Shown piece after piece: positions 37,964-45,768 of a stretch of DNA of 64,000 nucleotides (the stretch's first letter is position 1; each line of letters begins with the position of its first letter). Where the stretch lies: positions 458,750 through 522,749 of the forward strand of contig JBAZKU010000001.1 in the NCBI GenBank assembly GCA_041650615.1. Direction: 5' to 3'. Made by a program: the position numbers and the translations under genes. The notes under the pieces are model-generated. The model had not been told where the DNA came from. It was given only the letters and a program-made list of their open reading frames with translations, and ran no database searches. Source of the stretch: Minisyncoccota bacterium. GTDB lineage: Bacteria; Patescibacteriota; Minisyncoccia; Phycocordibacterales; UBA9973.

Positions 37964-38935
37964 GTGTTTTTTGTGTCTGTTGGCCTTGTAAATGCCCAAG
38001 ATGTCACAGAAGTTGCTTTGGATCCTAGAAATGTTTCCATTTCCCCTATTATCGGTCAAAATAAGGATGAAATTGACTTAAGTGCAAATATCAACATTTC
38101 GGGCAATGCTCTTCTTCCTGCAGTCAACCATGTAAGTATTCCGGGAGAAGCTGAGGCTGGAGATTCCTCTTCTGATCAGATAATTGTTTATGTGGTAAGA
38201 AAAGGTGACTCCATCTCTCAAATAGCAGAAATGTTTGGAGTTTCTACTAATACTATTCTTTGGGCAAATGATTTAAAAAAGGGAGCAGTCTTAAAAGAAG
38301 GTGACGTTTTACTTATTTTGCCAGTTTCTGGAGTTAAACATATTGTTCAAAAAGGCCAGACCTTAAAGGGTATTGCTCAAAAATATAACGCTGAGGTGTC
38401 AGATATTGCTGCATTTAACGGTATTTCTGAAAGTGCTATTTTGGCTATTGGTGAAGAATTAATTATTCCGGATGGAGAAATGTATATTGAAGGAGCAACA
38501 AGTAACGACAGTACAAATAAAAATATAAAGACACCGAGCAAGAACTTAGCTGGTTATTTCGTAAATCCAGCTCCAGGAGCTATTAGAACTCAAAACTTGC
38601 ATGGGAAGAATGCGGTTGATCTAGCTGCCCCAATTGGCACTCCAATTCGAGCTGCTGCAGCCGGAACTGTCTTAGTCGCTCGTATGGGTTGGAACGGAGG
38701 TTATGGAGGTTTGATAATTATTCAACATTCAAATGGAACCAAGACCCTTTATAGTCACTTATCTAGCTTAAATACTGGTACCGGTAAAAAAGTTTCTCAA
38801 GGAGAGGTAATTGCTAAGATGGGTAATACTGGACATGTCAGAGCTGTTCCAGGTGGGACTGGTTCACACTTACACTTTGAAGTTGACGGAGCAAAAAATC
38901 CTGGGGCAACAACTCCAATGTCCTGGGCAAACTAA
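37964..38935 (+). CDS. LysM-domain M23 family metallopeptidase (peptidoglycan hydrolase)
   Basis: Two LysM repeats and M23 motifs (HxxxD-like region, HLHFEV); GTG start; ~370-nt ORF-free leader upstream. Confidence 0.9.
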   Translation: MFFVSVGLVNAQDVTEVALDPRNVSISPIIGQNKDEIDLSANINISGNALLPAVNHVSIPGEAEAGDSSSDQIIVYVVRKGDSISQIAEMFGVSTNTILWANDLKKGAVLKEGDVLLILPVSGVKHIVQKGQTLKGIAQKYNAEVSDIAAFNGISESAILAIGEELIIPDGEMYIEGATSNDSTNKNIKTPSKNLAGYFVNPAPGAIRTQNLHGKNAVDLAAPIGTPIRAAAAGTVLVARMGWNGGYGGLIIIQHSNGTKTLYSHLSSLNTGTGKKVSQGEVIAKMGNTGHVRAVPGGTGSHLHFEVDGAKNPGATTPMSWAN

Positions 38936-38969
38936 AAATAAAGATGCACATGTATTTATTGTTTTCGTG

Positions 38970-39040
38970 TGCGGGATGGGAGAATCGAACTCCCAACCTC
39001 AGTTTGGAAAACTGACGTTTTACCATTAAACTAATCCCGC
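38970..39040 (-). tRNA. tRNA-Gly (anticodon TCC)
   Basis: Hand-folded cloverleaf on the reverse strand; anticodon loop TTTCCAA; T-loop TTCGATT. Confidence 0.8.
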
Positions 39041-39079
39041 TTTCCGCTCATAGTCGAAGACCCTGAGCTTACCGAAGGG

Positions 39080-39150
39080 TCGGGCTGCTGGGAATCGAAC
39101 CCAGTCTAAACGCTCCCAAAGCGCTTGTACTACCGGTATACTACAGCCCG
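39080..39150 (-). tRNA. tRNA-Pro (anticodon TGG)
   Basis: Acceptor CGGGCTG/CAGCCCG, anticodon loop TTTGGGA, T-arm CTGGG-TTCGATT-CCCAG. Confidence 0.8.
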
Positions 39151-39189
39151 ATAAACGATATGATCATAAAAAACAACATATAACGACAA

Positions 39190-39237
39190 CAGTCTAAACG
39201 CTCCCAAGGTGCTTGTACTACTGGTACATACAGCCCA
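39190..39237 (-). pseudogene. Truncated tRNA-Pro fragment (5' acceptor/D/anticodon portion only)
   Basis: ~48 nt with ~88% identity to the 5' two-thirds of the adjacent tRNA-Pro; lacks the T-arm. Confidence 0.6.
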
Positions 39238-39256
39238 TGAAAACTTTTTGAGTATA

Positions 39257-39670
39257 TCATAAAATAATATCGCTCACCACTTTTACCCTTGCCTTTTTTT
39301 CTTTTTGGCATATGTAAACAACCAATAAATCAACCTGCCACTCTTTTTCTTCTTCATTGATATTTTTATTTAAAAGATAAGTTTGAATTGTCCTTGATAA
39401 TCTCTTTAATTTCCAAGGGTGCATATTGTCTTCAGGATGGTAATTATCTAATGTTTCATGATTAACACTACCCAAAGTTTCACGCAAAACACTTTTTACT
39501 TCCACAAAATATAATTTATTATCCTTCTCAGCCACAATATCTATTTCTCCCCATTTTTTAGTGTAATTTCGGTCTAATATTAAAAAACCATGTTTCATGA
39601 GAAACCCTTCAGCTATATTTTCACCTATTTCCCCTGTTTTTTGCGTTTCTGATGTAAAAACTTTTGGCAT
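39257..39670 (-). CDS. UPF0102/YraN family predicted endonuclease
   Basis: GE..A..FL...G..IL.RN......GEIDIVA......L.FVEVK pattern typical of YraN. Confidence 0.7.
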   Translation of the reverse strand: MPKVFTSETQKTGEIGENIAEGFLMKHGFLILDRNYTKKWGEIDIVAEKDNKLYFVEVKSVLRETLGSVNHETLDNYHPEDNMHPWKLKRLSRTIQTYLLNKNINEEEKEWQVDLLVVYICQKEKKARVKVVSDIIL

Positions 39671-39911
39671 TCTCTGCTTGTTTCATGTAAAACATCTATA
39701 ATTATGTTTCACGTGAAACTTTTTACTTAATTTTTATGTCTTTTATTATAATATCCTTATTTTACAACGCATTTTTAACAAAAATACCTCTTAAAGACAA
39801 CATTTTTCTATGTCCTTTATAAACATTACCAACATAGTTATCCACAGTTTTTTACAAAACCCTTATAAAATGAAGATAAAATAAAGAAAGTATAAAGGAC
39901 AGGAAAATTTG

Positions 39912-39982
39912 TGCGGCTAGGGAGAATCGAACTCCCGTCTCATCCTTGGCAAGGACGTGTTCTACCACTAAACCATAACCGC
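39912..39982 (-). tRNA. tRNA-Gly (anticodon GCC)
   Basis: Reverse-strand cloverleaf; anticodon loop TTGCCAA; T-arm GGGAG-TTCGATT-CTCCC. Confidence 0.8.
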
Positions 39983-39990
39983 TTTTTATT

Positions 39991-40142
39991 ATGTAAAAAG
40001 ACCACCAAATATAACCACAATTTAAACAATGTAAAAAGACCACCAAATATAACCACAATTTAAACAATGTAATAAAGACCGTTAAATATAACCACAATTT
40101 AAACAATGTAAAAAGACCCTGAATATAATCGCAATTTTAAAT
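39991..40142. repeat. Tandem direct repeat, 4 copies of a ~38-bp unit (ATGTAAAAAGACCACCAAATATAACCACAATTTAAACA)
   Basis: Copies 1 and 2 identical, copies 3 and 4 degenerate; no spacers, so not CRISPR; sits between two tRNA genes. Confidence 0.85.
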
Positions 40143-40261
40143 ATATTTTTATTATAATATTTTAATTAAACTAATGCAATTCTGAATCAGCTTTTATTTT
40201 AAGCATTATTTGTTTCTTTATAAAAAAGGTGTAAAATAATATGTATTATTATAATAATTTT

Positions 40262-40333
40262 GCGCCCGTAGCTCAACGGATAGAGTACCGGTCTTCGGAA
40301 CCGTGGATGTGGGTTCGATTCCTACCGGGCGCA
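40262..40333 (+). tRNA. tRNA-Arg (anticodon TCG)
   Basis: Acceptor GCGCCCG/CGGGCGC, anticodon loop CTTCGGA, T-loop TTCGATT. Confidence 0.75.
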
Positions 40334-40340
40334 CAAAACA

Positions 40341-41831
40341 ATGAATACTATAAAAAGTTTAATGTCAAAAATTCCCAAAGAGGTTTCACATGTAACGAAC
40401 ACACTTGAAAAAGCGGGGTTTAAAGCATATTTAATTGGTGGATGTGTTCGAGATCTCCTAATGGACAGGGAACCTAAAGATTGGGATGTAACGACAAGTG
40501 CCAAACCGGAACAGATCATTGAACTCTTTGAAAAAACAGTATATGAAAACGAATTCGGAACGGTAATGGTTATTCAAGATGATGTTTCACAAGAAACATT
40601 ACGCCAAATAGAAGTTACTCCTTATAGAATTGAGGCAAGATATAGCGATTTTAGACACCCTGATGAAGTAAAGTTTAGCGATAAGCTAGAAGATGATTTA
40701 AAAAGGCGTGATTTTACAGTAAATGCTATGGCTTATAGAAATGGGCAATTAACGGACATGTTTAATGGATTAAAGGACATAGAAGATAAAATGTTAAAAG
40801 CGGTAGGAGAATCTGATGACCGTTTTAAAGAAGATGCGCTCAGAATGCTTCGGGCTGTCCGTATAGCTTTACAGCTTGGTTTTTCTGTGTCTTATGAAAG
40901 TAGTGAAAGTATTTTAAAAAATGCGAATTTAATAAAAAAAATATCACCGGAAAGAATTCGCGATGAACTTATAAAAATAATTTTGTCTAAAAATCCTTCC
41001 GTTGGAATTATAATGCTTCAAAAATTTGGATTATTAAAAAACATAATTCCAGAACTAGAAGAGGGAATTAATTGCGAACAAGGAGGCGAGCATATTTATG
41101 ATGTTTTTAACCATTTACTTCATGCCTTGCAACACTCTGCAGATAAAAATTGGCCTTTAGAAGTAAGGCTCGCAGCGCTTTTTCATGATATAGGAAAGCC
41201 AAAAAGTAGAAGATTAGCAGAGAGCGCTGGTTCGGCTAATAAAAAGAAATTTACCTTCTATGGTCATGAAGTTTTGAGTGCACGAATGGCAAAAAAAATA
41301 ATGGAACGATTGAAATTTTCCAAAAAAGAAATTGAACTGGTTGAAAAACTTATTCGCAATCATATGTTTTTTTCCGATACGGAGTTAATCACACTTTCTG
41401 CAGTACGAAGAATTATTACCAAAGTTGGTCAGGAAAATATTTGGTTGCTAATGGACGTCCGTGAGTGCGATAGGGTAGGAATGAAGAAAAAAGAAGCACC
41501 TTATCGCCTGCGAAAGTATTTTGCCATGATAGAAGAAGCGTTACATGACCCGATTTCTGTCGGGCAGCTTAAAATTAACGGAGAATTTATGATAAAAGAA
41601 TTAGGAATAATTCCAGGTCCGCGAATGGGGTGGATTTTACACGCGCTTCTTGAAGAAGTTTTAGATGATCCGAAGAAAAATACGAAAGAACATCTTTCGG
41701 AGCTAGTTAAATCACTAAATATTCTTCCAGATGATGCATTAAGAACTTTAGGTGAGCGCGGGAAAGAAAAAAAAGAGGAATTGGAGGAAAAAGAAATAGA
41801 AAAACTGCACACAAAACATGGGGTGAGATAA
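40341..41831 (+). CDS. cca: CCA-adding tRNA nucleotidyltransferase with HD domain
   Basis: Pol-beta-type head GGCVRDLLM...DWD, HD domain HDIGK; starts 8 nt after tRNA-Arg. Confidence 0.85.
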   Translation: MNTIKSLMSKIPKEVSHVTNTLEKAGFKAYLIGGCVRDLLMDREPKDWDVTTSAKPEQIIELFEKTVYENEFGTVMVIQDDVSQETLRQIEVTPYRIEARYSDFRHPDEVKFSDKLEDDLKRRDFTVNAMAYRNGQLTDMFNGLKDIEDKMLKAVGESDDRFKEDALRMLRAVRIALQLGFSVSYESSESILKNANLIKKISPERIRDELIKIILSKNPSVGIIMLQKFGLLKNIIPELEEGINCEQGGEHIYDVFNHLLHALQHSADKNWPLEVRLAALFHDIGKPKSRRLAESAGSANKKKFTFYGHEVLSARMAKKIMERLKFSKKEIELVEKLIRNHMFFSDTELITLSAVRRIITKVGQENIWLLMDVRECDRVGMKKKEAPYRLRKYFAMIEEALHDPISVGQLKINGEFMIKELGIIPGPRMGWILHALLEEVLDDPKKNTKEHLSELVKSLNILPDDALRTLGERGKEKKEELEEKEIEKLHTKHGVR

Positions 41832-41851
41832 AAATATGTTAAGATAAAATT

Positions 41852-42778
41852 ATGAGAATTGGAATTTTTGATTCGGGGGTGGGAGGGCTGATTATTGCCA
41901 AAGCGATAAGAAAAATGATGTCGGAATATGATTATGTATATTTAGGAGACACCAAAAGAGTGCCTTATGGTAATCGCTCATATGAGGCAGTTTTTGAATT
42001 CACTAAAGAAGCGATGAATTATCTATTTAAGAAAGAAAATTGCGCCATTGTCATTATTGCTTGTAATACAGCCTCTGCTAGAGCTCTCCGAAGAATTCAG
42101 CGGGAATATTTGGTTGATTACAATGCTACTCGCAGAGTAATGGGGGAGTCTGTTGAAAGAAAAATATTGGGAGTTTTGATTCCAACGGCGGAAGAATGCA
42201 CTAAATATAAAAGAGTGGGGATATTGGGAACTGCGGGAACAATAAATTCGAATACTTTTCCGAAGGAGATAAAAAAAGTAAATTCACAAAAGAAGAAAAG
42301 TTTGCTGCTTTTTCACGGCTCGCACTCGAACTTGGATGCGGTTAACGAGAGTAATCTTGCGTATGCCGAAAAAAGCACAAACTTTTCTTCTTTTACAACA
42401 GTTTTCCAAAATCCTGCGCCGATGCTTGTGCCTTTGATTGAAGAAGGGGAGAGAGTTTTAGCCAAAGAATTTCTTAAAAAATATTTAAAGCCATTTTTAA
42501 ATAAAAAACTGGATGCAGTAGCGCTTGGTTGCACTCATTATCCGTTTTATAAAAGTGAAATCAAAAAAATTCTTGGTCCAAAAGTAAAAATTATTTCTCA
42601 AGACGAAATTATTCCTAAAAAACTAAAAGAATATTTTGCGAGACATCCGGAGGTCACAAAAAAATTAACCCAAAACAGTAAAGCTCAAATACTTGTCACA
42701 GACTTAACTCCCAATATCCTGAAACTTTCAAAAAAATGGTTTGGAGGGAAGATAAAACCAAAACTGATTAGCCTATAA
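41852..42778 (+). CDS. murI: Glutamate racemase
   Basis: GIFDSGVGGL and ACNTAS catalytic Cys motifs; contains a ~35-aa insertion relative to typical MurI. Confidence 0.85.
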   Translation: MRIGIFDSGVGGLIIAKAIRKMMSEYDYVYLGDTKRVPYGNRSYEAVFEFTKEAMNYLFKKENCAIVIIACNTASARALRRIQREYLVDYNATRRVMGESVERKILGVLIPTAEECTKYKRVGILGTAGTINSNTFPKEIKKVNSQKKKSLLLFHGSHSNLDAVNESNLAYAEKSTNFSSFTTVFQNPAPMLVPLIEEGERVLAKEFLKKYLKPFLNKKLDAVALGCTHYPFYKSEIKKILGPKVKIISQDEIIPKKLKEYFARHPEVTKKLTQNSKAQILVTDLTPNILKLSKKWFGGKIKPKLISL

Positions 42779-42783
42779 TTTTG

Positions 42784-42867
42784 TGCCGTGGGGGAGACTC
42801 GAACTCCCAAGGAATTGCTTCCACTAGTACCTGAAACTAGCGCGTCTACCAATTTCGCCACCACGGC
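42784..42867 (-). tRNA. tRNA-Leu (anticodon CAG), class II with long variable arm
   Basis: Acceptor GCCGTGG/CCACGGC, anticodon loop TTCAGGT, long variable arm, T-arm GGGAG-TTCGAGT-CTCCC. Confidence 0.8.
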
Positions 42868-42873
42868 ATTTAT

Positions 42874-43641
42874 TTAAATCTCCAGCCAAATAGGACAGTG
42901 ATCGGAACCGTAATAATCAGATAATATGCCTGTGCCTTTTATTTTAGCAATGATTTCGGAACTGGCGAAAAAGTAGTCGAAACGCCAGCCAACATTTCTG
43001 TCTCTGGCAAAAGTTTTCATATCCCAATAAGTATAAGCACCGATTTTATTGGGATAAAATTTTCTAAAGACATCTATAAAGTTATTTTTTATTACTTTAT
43101 CTATCCAAGCGCGTTCAATAGGCAAGAATCCGGTATTTTCTTCATTTGCTTTTGGGCGAGCGAGGTCTATTTCTTTATGGGAAGTGTTCACATCTCCGCA
43201 GAAAATAACATGTTCACCATTCTTTCGTAATCTCAGGATAAATTTCAAAAAAGTTTCGTAAAATTCAAGCTTGTATTTTAATCGATGAGGGCCTTGTCCG
43301 CCATTTGGAAAATAAGCAGTGATGATAGTAAAATTTTCAAATTTTGCGCCAACTATTCTTCCTTCACCGTCAAATTTTTTAATGCCCATGCCGTAAAAAA
43401 TTTCTTTTGGTTTTTCTTTTGAATAAATTGCTACCCCACTATATCCTTTTCTTAATTTTGAATATGAAAAATATGAATAATAGCCGGGGACATTGCGCGT
43501 TTCTTCTGTAAGTTGGTCTGGCTCTGCTTTTGTTTCCTGCAGACATAGAATATCGGGCTTCTCTTCTTTAAATAAAGGCATGAAAAAACCTTGTTTTACT
43601 GTTGCTCTTAGTCCATTTGTATTCCAAGAAATTATCTTCAT
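42874..43641 (-). CDS. xth: Exodeoxyribonuclease III (AP endonuclease)
   Basis: MKIISWNTNGLRA start and EEP-fold motifs. Confidence 0.9.
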   Translation of the reverse strand: MKIISWNTNGLRATVKQGFFMPLFKEEKPDILCLQETKAEPDQLTEETRNVPGYYSYFSYSKLRKGYSGVAIYSKEKPKEIFYGMGIKKFDGEGRIVGAKFENFTIITAYFPNGGQGPHRLKYKLEFYETFLKFILRLRKNGEHVIFCGDVNTSHKEIDLARPKANEENTGFLPIERAWIDKVIKNNFIDVFRKFYPNKIGAYTYWDMKTFARDRNVGWRFDYFFASSEIIAKIKGTGILSDYYGSDHCPIWLEI

Positions 43642-43663
43642 ACATTATTATGATAACATAAAG

Positions 43664-43766
43664 TCGTGAAACTAAGATTTTTTCACCACGAAAATTTTCT
43701 GCTGAAAATTTTCTCTGTCCGTCGCCGTCGCTCCTCCCAAGGGTTCAAAAATCTTAGTTTCACGAC
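43664..43766 (-). repeat. Family B MITE-like element, intergenic copy, with 20-nt terminal inverted repeats GTCGTGAAACTAAGATTTTT / AAAAATCTTAGTTTCACGAC
   Basis: Perfect TIRs flank a GC-rich core (GAACCCTTGGGAGGAGCGACGGCGACGGACAGAGAAAATTTTCAGCAGAAAATTTTCGTGGTGA) shared with the uvrD insert. Confidence 0.8.
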
Positions 43767-43767
43767 T

Positions 43768-44682
43768 TTATTTGTGACTGTGAAACTTTTTATGTACATC
43801 TAGTAATTGCCTGTCAGTAACGTGAGTATAAATTTGAGTTGTGGCGATATTGGAATGTCCAAGCATCATTTGAACAGAACGGATGTCTGCGCCGTTTTGC
43901 AATAAATCCGTAGCGAAACAATGCCTAATTATGTGCGGGGTAACTTTTTTTGAAATACCGGCCTTAATCGCATATTGTTTCACAATTCTTTCAATAGACC
44001 TCTTGGTTAATGGACCAGTTTCTTTTTGAGAAGTTTCCTTTCCCACTTTTACAAAGAGCGCATCATCCATATCTTTTCGCAATGCCAGGTATTTTTTAAT
44101 GGCATCTTTCGCTTCGGGAGATATAAAAACCACTCTGATTTTTCCCCCCTTGCCACGAATGGAAAATTGTTCAGATCCGAGATCAATATCATTAGTTAAA
44201 CTACAGAGCTCAGAAACACGAAGACCGGTGGAAAAAAGGAGTTCCAATATAGCTTTATCTCGCAATGATTTTATGTCATTTCCTTTAGGTGCATCAAGCA
44301 GGCGGCGAAGTTCTGTTTGGGTGATTAAATCAAGAGATCTTTCCGTGATTTTAGCCAATTCTATTCTTTCAGCTGGCATTGATTTTATTCCTTGTCGTGC
44401 AAGATATTTCAGAAAGGCTCTTATGGCTATCAGATAATAATTTTGGGTTTTTTTAGACAAAGTTTCGCCTGTAGCTTTATTATTACCGGTGGATTGGCGA
44501 TTAAGCCAAAGACGAAATTCCCGCACGGTGTTGTCGTTTATATTTGTTGGATTATCATTTTTTACGAAATCTAAAAAGCGAGTAAGGTAATGGTCATAAT
44601 TTCTAACCGTATTAAGCGCTCGGCCTCTTTCTATTTCTACATATTCCAAAAATTGAGTTTTAAGCTGTTTGAGGGATGCCAT
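43768..44682 (-). CDS. xerC: Tyrosine site-specific recombinase XerC/XerD family
   Basis: R..HxxR..Y catalytic region HIIRHCFATDLL...LGHSNIATTQIYTHV. Confidence 0.9.
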   Translation of the reverse strand: MASLKQLKTQFLEYVEIERGRALNTVRNYDHYLTRFLDFVKNDNPTNINDNTVREFRLWLNRQSTGNNKATGETLSKKTQNYYLIAIRAFLKYLARQGIKSMPAERIELAKITERSLDLITQTELRRLLDAPKGNDIKSLRDKAILELLFSTGLRVSELCSLTNDIDLGSEQFSIRGKGGKIRVVFISPEAKDAIKKYLALRKDMDDALFVKVGKETSQKETGPLTKRSIERIVKQYAIKAGISKKVTPHIIRHCFATDLLQNGADIRSVQMMLGHSNIATTQIYTHVTDRQLLDVHKKFHSHK

Positions 44683-44720
44683 AATCTAATTTTACCATGT
44701 CGCACAATATTTTAGAAGGA

Positions 44721-44812
44721 AAATCGTTGCCTATGAAGAATTTAAGAAACGTGTGGGTTCCCTGTCCTTTTGACTCCGAGGGCGCAATTTCGAAATTCTT
44801 CATAGGCAACGA
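44721..44812 (+). repeat. Family F structured element in the rpsO 5' region (21-bp closing stem ATCGTTGCCTATGAAGAATTT / AAATTCTTCATAGGCAACGAT around a GC core GTGGGTTCCCTGTCCTTTTGACTCCGAGGGCG)
   Basis: Perfect long inverted repeat; core is near-identical to the copy at 63621-63713. Confidence 0.7.
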
Positions 44813-44855
44813 TAAAACCTTGCAATTTCAACGACTTTATGCTAATGTGAAGTAC

Positions 44856-45119
44856 ATGTTAACCACAAAGAAAAAGCAAACAATTATAAAGAAAAATCAA
44901 ATTCATGAGAAAGATACTGGCTCTTCTGAGGTTCAGGTAGCTGTTTTATCCACTCAAATAGAAGAATTGGCAAAACATTTAAAAAAACACAAAAAAGACA
45001 ACAGTTCTCGCAGGGGGCTTATTAAAATGGTAGCTGATAGGCGTACTCATTTGAAGTATTTAGAACGCAAAAACAAGCCTCGTTATAATGCACTCATGAA
45101 AAAGATGAATCTCGTCTAG
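44856..45119 (+). CDS. rpsO: 30S ribosomal protein S15
   Basis: 87 aa, GSSEVQVAVLSTQIEELAKHLKKHKKDNSSRRGL matches the S15 family; the upstream part of the 44697 ORF is a spurious extension. Confidence 0.9.
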   Translation: MLTTKKKQTIIKKNQIHEKDTGSSEVQVAVLSTQIEELAKHLKKHKKDNSSRRGLIKMVADRRTHLKYLERKNKPRYNALMKKMNLV

Positions 45120-45139
45120 TCTTTTGCTATAATCTATTT

Positions 45140-45646
45140 ATGACAGTAATAAAAAATAAAGAACAAAGAGTTGGAGTTTTTATTGATACACAAAATTTAT
45201 ATCATTCGGCTCGCAATTTATATAATGCGCGAGTAAATTTTGGCGCGGTTTTGAAAGAAGCAGTAGCGGGAAGAAAACTTGTTCGCGCTGTGGCTTATGT
45301 TATTACTTCCGAAGCGGGTGATGAAAAGAATTTTTTTGAAGCGCTTAGTAAACTGGGCATTGAAACAAAGACAAAGGATTTACAGGTTTATGGTGGGTTT
45401 AAAAAAGGCGATTGGGATGTCGGTTTGGCGGTGGATGCTATTAAATTTGCGCCGAAACTGGATGCGGTTGTATTGGTTGCCGGTGATGGCGATTATGTGC
45501 CGATGGTTGAATATATTCAGAACATAGGCACGCAAGTGGAAGCTATTTCTTTTGGAAAATCAACCTCCGGCAAACTTCGCGAAGCCGTGGATGATTTTAT
45601 TGACCTTTCTCTGAACCCAAAGAAATATTTGATAAATGCGAGATAA
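45140..45646 (+). CDS. NYN-domain (LabA-like) predicted ribonuclease
   Basis: VGVFIDTQNLYHSAR...VLVAGDGDYVPMV NYN signature; inserted between rpsO and pnp. Confidence 0.75.
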   Translation: MTVIKNKEQRVGVFIDTQNLYHSARNLYNARVNFGAVLKEAVAGRKLVRAVAYVITSEAGDEKNFFEALSKLGIETKTKDLQVYGGFKKGDWDVGLAVDAIKFAPKLDAVVLVAGDGDYVPMVEYIQNIGTQVEAISFGKSTSGKLREAVDDFIDLSLNPKKYLINAR

Positions 45647-45659
45647 GATTTTATAAGTT

Positions 45660-45765
45660 AACCGGTTCGCGTTCGGACAAAAAGTAGTGTTCTCAAAAAT
45701 ATTGAGGAACAATACTGTAGTCTGAACACGAACTATAGTCCCGACCTAGGTCGGGATAAAAATAT
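45660..45765 (+). promoter_or_regulatory. Structured pnp leader (nested stems GTTCGCGTTCGGAC/GTCTGAACACGAAC, and palindrome TCCCGACCTAGGTCGGGA)
   Basis: 13/14-bp long-range stem and an 18-nt perfect palindrome directly upstream of the pnp start. Confidence 0.4.
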
Positions 45766-45768
45766 TTT

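Noticed and set aside
39991-40142. Possible CRISPR array
   Set aside because: Repeats are directly tandem with no unique spacers, and no cas genes are nearby
41852-42778. Possible repeat-element insertion in murI (extra ~35 aa with a GC-richer patch GGCTCGCACTCG)
   Set aside because: No clear inverted repeat and no match to the other families; may just be a lineage-specific loop
43768-44682. Xer-type tyrosine recombinase next to tRNA-Leu and a MITE, as a possible integrative-element boundary
   Set aside because: Most likely the single housekeeping XerC/D dimer-resolution recombinase of a reduced genome; no phage or plasmid cargo genes flank it
44697-44855. N-terminal 53-aa extension of the rpsO ORF in the track
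   Set aside because: S15 homology begins at the internal Met (44856); the upstream part overlaps the family F structured element and is non-coding
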